Assembly: GCA_023231475.1 (NCBI GenBank)
Contig: JALJEE010002181.1
Location: forward strand, 62,001 to 83,078
DNA from: Seison nebaliae
Taxonomy: Eukaryota
Direction of reading: 5' to 3'
Length of the DNA stretch: 21,078 nt
Numbering within the stretch: position 1 is the stretch's first letter; each line of letters starts with the position of its first letter. This document shows positions 17,718 to 21,078 of the stretch, piece after piece. Made by a program: the position numbers and the translations under genes. Below the pieces are notes generated by a model, which did no database searches, was not told where the DNA came from, and saw only the letters and a list, made by a program, of their open reading frames with translations.

Positions 17718-18265
17718 ATGTTCTTTAAATTAATTCTTTTCGTTTATTCTTTCTTGGTTGTATCATGTGCGAGCGAATCAGCCGCTGTCACCACAACGGT
17801 GGCTAGTTCCAACGCGAAAGAATGTGTATTTCCATTCTTGTATAATCACAAATGCTACATGGAATGTACAGATGATTTTAATGCAGGACAGAAGTTTTGT
17901 GGAATGACACCATTTATTCGCGACCGGAAACACGTTCGACCATGTACAGGTTCTATCAACTTCTCAAATTAGTTTAATATTTATCACTGACAGATTCCGA
18001 TGTTGGTCAAATACCGAAGATAGTGGAAGGATGTGTTTTTCCTTTCATCTACAACAACGAATGTAGAAACGACTGTGTTGACGAAGGTAACAGTTCCTGG
18101 TGTTCCAGTCAACCGAAATATAATGACAAAAGTGATCGTATTTTATGTAACGGAGGTTTCCTTTAATTCTGCTTATTTGACTTCAATTCTTCTCCTTCAG
18201 ATATCCTATGGCAATTCAATCCATTTTTAATATTACTGGGATTAATAATTTTCGTCAAATTGTGA
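17718..18265 (+). CDS. FN2 gene 2 (paralog): signal peptide + 2 FN2 domains + putative GPI signal, 152 aa; join(17718..17949,17994..18155,18201..18265)
   Basis: Exon 1 contains CVFPFLYNHKCYMECT...FC...RPC. Exon 2 (frame not in the ORF track) reads DSDVGQIPKIVEGCVFPFIYNNECRNDCVDEGNSSWCSSQPKYNDKSDRILCNG. Exon 3 reads DILWQFNPFLILLGLIIFVKL*. Both GT..AG introns are phase 1 and preserve the frame. Confidence 0.85.
17950..17993 (+). other. Spliceosomal intron, 44 nt, phase 1 (same position as the gene 1 intron)
   Basis: AG|gttcta...cactgacag|AT; falls one codon plus 1 nt after the last Cys of the first FN2 domain in both genes. Confidence 0.85.
18156..18200 (+). other. Spliceosomal intron, 45 nt, phase 1
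   Basis: AG|gtttcc...ttcttctccttcag|AT; contains an in-frame TAA; splicing adds the hydrophobic tail. Confidence 0.75.
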
Positions 18266-18360
18266 AATATCTGCTGAAAATTAGTGACTGTGACTGATCT
18301 TTAATTTAATTTCTAAATTAACTTGAAACGATTTATTTCGAACTGATTAATACAACTAGA

Positions 18361-18366
18361 AATAAA
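18361..18366 (+). terminator. Polyadenylation signal downstream of FN2 gene 2
   Basis: AATAAA about 95 nt after the stop, followed by a T-rich tract. Confidence 0.55.
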
Positions 18367-18474
18367 TTTTCATTTCATTTTTTTGGTTGCGATTATCATC
18401 AGCACTTTATAAATTAGACTTATGTTTAATTCGAGATATTGTTAGAGAGATTCAAACTTTGCTCTTCTATTGAA

Positions 18475-18489
18475 TTTTTTTTTTTTTTT
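18475..18489 (-). repeat. LINE poly(A) tail (A15 on the minus strand) with overlapping AATAAA
   Basis: Minus strand reads ...TTGTATTAAT followed by A15. Confidence 0.85.
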
Positions 18490-18490
18490 A

Positions 18491-21078
18491 TTAATACAAC
18501 AAATCCCCGCGGGGTAAATTATAAAGGAAACGAGATAACTCATCAGATGAGTTATTGGAAATAAGTGATTTGCCCTGATCCACGTGGGTACGTAAAGAGT
18601 CAGGAATGAAGGAATCGATATTAAAGTTGTTGATCATAGAGCCTCATAGATAGGTGCCTCCAAAGAAATAGGTACCGTTAATGAATAATAAAGCGAAAAG
18701 AAGTTGATAGGAGAAGAGAGTATCTCACATTGATTAAAAGATGGAATCGGAAAATCGGAAGAAGTTACAGATTCTAGTAATTTAACTTACCTAACCGCCA
18801 GAAGAAGTGGTAAGGGCTTCAGCTCCGAGATAGAGAACATGAAGGCTCTGTTGAAAAGTTTACCACAACCGAGTAACATCCGTATTGTTCTGTTGTATGT
18901 TCGATCGAGAGATCGTAATGATTTATGAGTTGACGATAATGAGGCAGCGAGACCATAGAAATCACAGCAATAAGTTATAAACAATCGAAGAATTTGCAAC
19001 GATGAAAGAAAAAATAGAACATCCGCAAAAATTTGCATCTAATGTAATCAGTCAGTTTCAAAGACTTTTTTCTATTGTCCAACTGACAACCGAGAAATTC
19101 AATTTCTTTCGAAATTATTAAACTAAAATTACTACAAGAAGAAAAATTATGAATGTTCGTCAAAATTTTAGATTTACATTCATTGATTTGAATCCAAATT
19201 GTTGCCAATCGAGATTTCACAATGTTGAGGATGTTGTGGCAATTTTTTGCAGAATTGCAGCAAATAACCATATCATCCGCGTAAGAGTATAGTACCGGAA
19301 AAACAAGACTCCCAATTATGAACGAATAATGATTATTTACATGACAGAGAATTTCATCAACTAATTTATCGAAAATCCAAGGAGCCAAAATGGAACCTTG
19401 TCGCACACCTTTATTAATACCAAAGAATTCAGAAAAACGAGAAATCCATTTGACGACACCTTGAGCGTTAGTCGATATAAGTTTGATGAAATTAATCGAA
19501 TAAGAATCGAGACCAGCCTCATCTAGAACTCGTAGTCCCTCTTGAATATTGACAGAATCGAAAGCCTTTGTGGCGTCAATAAAATAAAAAACCAACTTCG
19601 TATTAACGGAACGACATAATGAGATTAAGAACTTCAACAATAAAATTAACGGAAGAGTACCTCTACTCACCTTACGATAAGCGAATTGGTAGAACGAAGA
19701 ATATAGATTGAGCGAGAATCTATTCTTAATAATTTGTTAGATAATTTTTATGAGACCATTTGCTATACAAATAGGACGATACGAGTTGACACCAGACAGA
19801 GGTTAACCATGTCCTTTATAAACAGGAATGATGGAAAATACTCTCATATAGCTATAATCGATATTACATAGAAGGATCTTATTAATATGGTTGATAATTA
19901 GTTGAATCGACGTATCGTCAAGTCCACACCAATCATCGACACCATGCGATTTACCTAAGTCCATGCAAGATAGTGCAGACTTGAATTCCGTAACAGTAAC
20001 TTCATTGAACGATACAGATGAATTTGCGAGAGATGATTCTTCTTGTGTTGGTGAAATGGAAGGATCGTACATAGAGGAACGAAAAAAGTTTACGAACAAA
20101 TTCATTTGAATAGAATTAGTGGAATTTTGACACTTTCTACATGTTAGCGGTGGCTCGGAAGCACAATAGTTGGAAGGAAGATATTAATTTTCGAGTAATA
20201 ATAGGAATAGGAACAGAAACATAAGAACATAATAATGTGTAGGAACGAGGATCCTATTTATAAAAGTTGATATTAATGGTCGCTCATTAATTCATGTTAG
20301 TGATTCATGACTTTCTTATCGCATCGTAGAACTAACATGATGTCAGTGATTAAGAACACGCTTCTTTTCTGATCTTCACTTTAATTTCAATCTCATATAG
20401 AAGGTCATTTTTGATAGGGGTCTCGATGTGTTTCCTGAGATATTCTGATATAGACATGAGAGACCTGAATTTCGCAGAATTATTATTCTCCGCTAACTCA
20501 GCGAAGACCTCTGCTTCATTTCGCCTCAACAGATCTCTTACGGCATATCTAAATTGTTTTCTAGCCAATTTTCTTTCAGAGAAAGATACAACATCATTTT
20601 GAACCAGATACTTACGATTTGATTCAATCATCTTCACTTTCAAATGTCGTATTTCTCGGAAGTTGGGATTTTTTTCATTTTTTTGTGAATTATTTAAGGT
20701 TCTGTAGTATGAACCAAAAGTCTTCAGATACTTGAAGATCTCATCGAATGAAGCAAAGCTTCATTGATACTGAAGATACTTGAACATGCAATTCATGGTT
20801 CTTTCCAACAAACGACTATTCCTACATATAGTAGATTTGATTTTTCACGAAACACTCACTTCACTCACTTTATAAGGAATACGTAAAGAAAAATTAATAG
20901 CATAATGAACGGAAAGTAGAAACTCTCTGAGAAACTCACATTCGTAAACATCTGAGAGAAGATTATTGGAAACGAGAACATGATCAATCCTTGAGCTACC
21001 ACTACTAGTTTGAAATGAGACAGATTTGTTATCGCACCACAACAAATCGACGAAAGACCAATTGAAGTGATTGCATAA
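18491..21078 (-). pseudogene. Disrupted LINE ORF2 (endonuclease-reverse transcriptase)
   Basis: One reconstructable frame with stops at 20845-47 (TGA), 20761-63 (TGA), 19803-05 (TAA) and 19737-39 (TAA), plus a 259-nt insertion including one TSD copy. Then a frameshift near 18980-19030, TAA at 18787-89 and a probable frameshift near 18640. The 3' end at 18491 is inferred. Confidence 0.85.
20186..20437. mobile_element. 252-nt nested insertion flanked by 7-bp target-site duplication AGATATT (20179..20185 and 20438..20444)
   Basis: Removing the insert plus one repeat (259 nt) rejoins ORF2 in frame: ...KFRSLMSISEYLPSNYCASEPP...QMNLFVNFF. Confidence 0.8.

Larger units (their letters stand above)
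18475..21078 (-). mobile_element. Decayed non-LTR retrotransposon (APE endonuclease + RT; possibly CR1/L2 supergroup), 5' part outside the window
   Basis: APE C-terminal motifs SRIDHVLVS and S(V)H. RT motifs GKSHGVDD, IIPVYK, SYRPI, QFAYR, FIDATKAFDSV, GVRQGSILAP, YADD, EFLG, and post-RT YCCDFYG. Poly(A) tail seen as T15 on the + strand. Confidence 0.95.

Noticed and set aside
18033..18230. 65-aa ORF-track call MFFLSSTTT...
   Set aside because: Wrong frame; the FN2 exon is in another frame (17994..18155)
17090..18265. Single 4xFN2 gene (ELSPBP1-like) instead of two genes
   Set aside because: Each half has its own signal peptide, hydrophobic C-terminus and stop codon
18975..19670. RT as a retron, group II intron, DGR or telomerase
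   Set aside because: Upstream APE domain, non-LTR-type motifs (YRPI, KAFDSV, QGSILAP) and a poly(A) tail identify a LINE
20411..20602. 63-aa + strand ORF
   Set aside because: Antisense shadow of the LINE ORF2 linker
19737..20847. In-frame TGA/TAA in the LINE as evidence of stop-codon reassignment
   Set aside because: Host genes end in TAA and TGA and the 5260-codon ORF has none internally; frameshifts and an insertion indicate ordinary decay

Overview
AT-rich eukaryotic (animal) genomic DNA with three parts. (1) One uninterrupted 15.8-kb ORF (776..16558, +) encodes a 5260-aa single-pass Fat-like atypical cadherin: signal peptide, mostly degenerate cadherin repeats, EGF-like domain, TM helix and a tail ending EFTDI. 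(2) Two tandem paralogous genes only 71 nt apart (17090..17646 and 17718..18265, +) have very short phase-1 introns (71, 44 and 45 nt). Each encodes signal peptide + 2 fibronectin type II (FN2) domains + a GPI-signal-like C-terminus, and all four FN2 domains carry an extra fifth Cys. (3) A decayed APE-type non-LTR retrotransposon (LINE) lies on the minus strand from its poly(A) tail (T15 at 18475..18489) to beyond the window edge. It has nonsense mutations, frameshifts and a nested 252-nt insertion with a 7-bp target-site duplication. All calls come from manual reading and motif recognition; no database searches were run.
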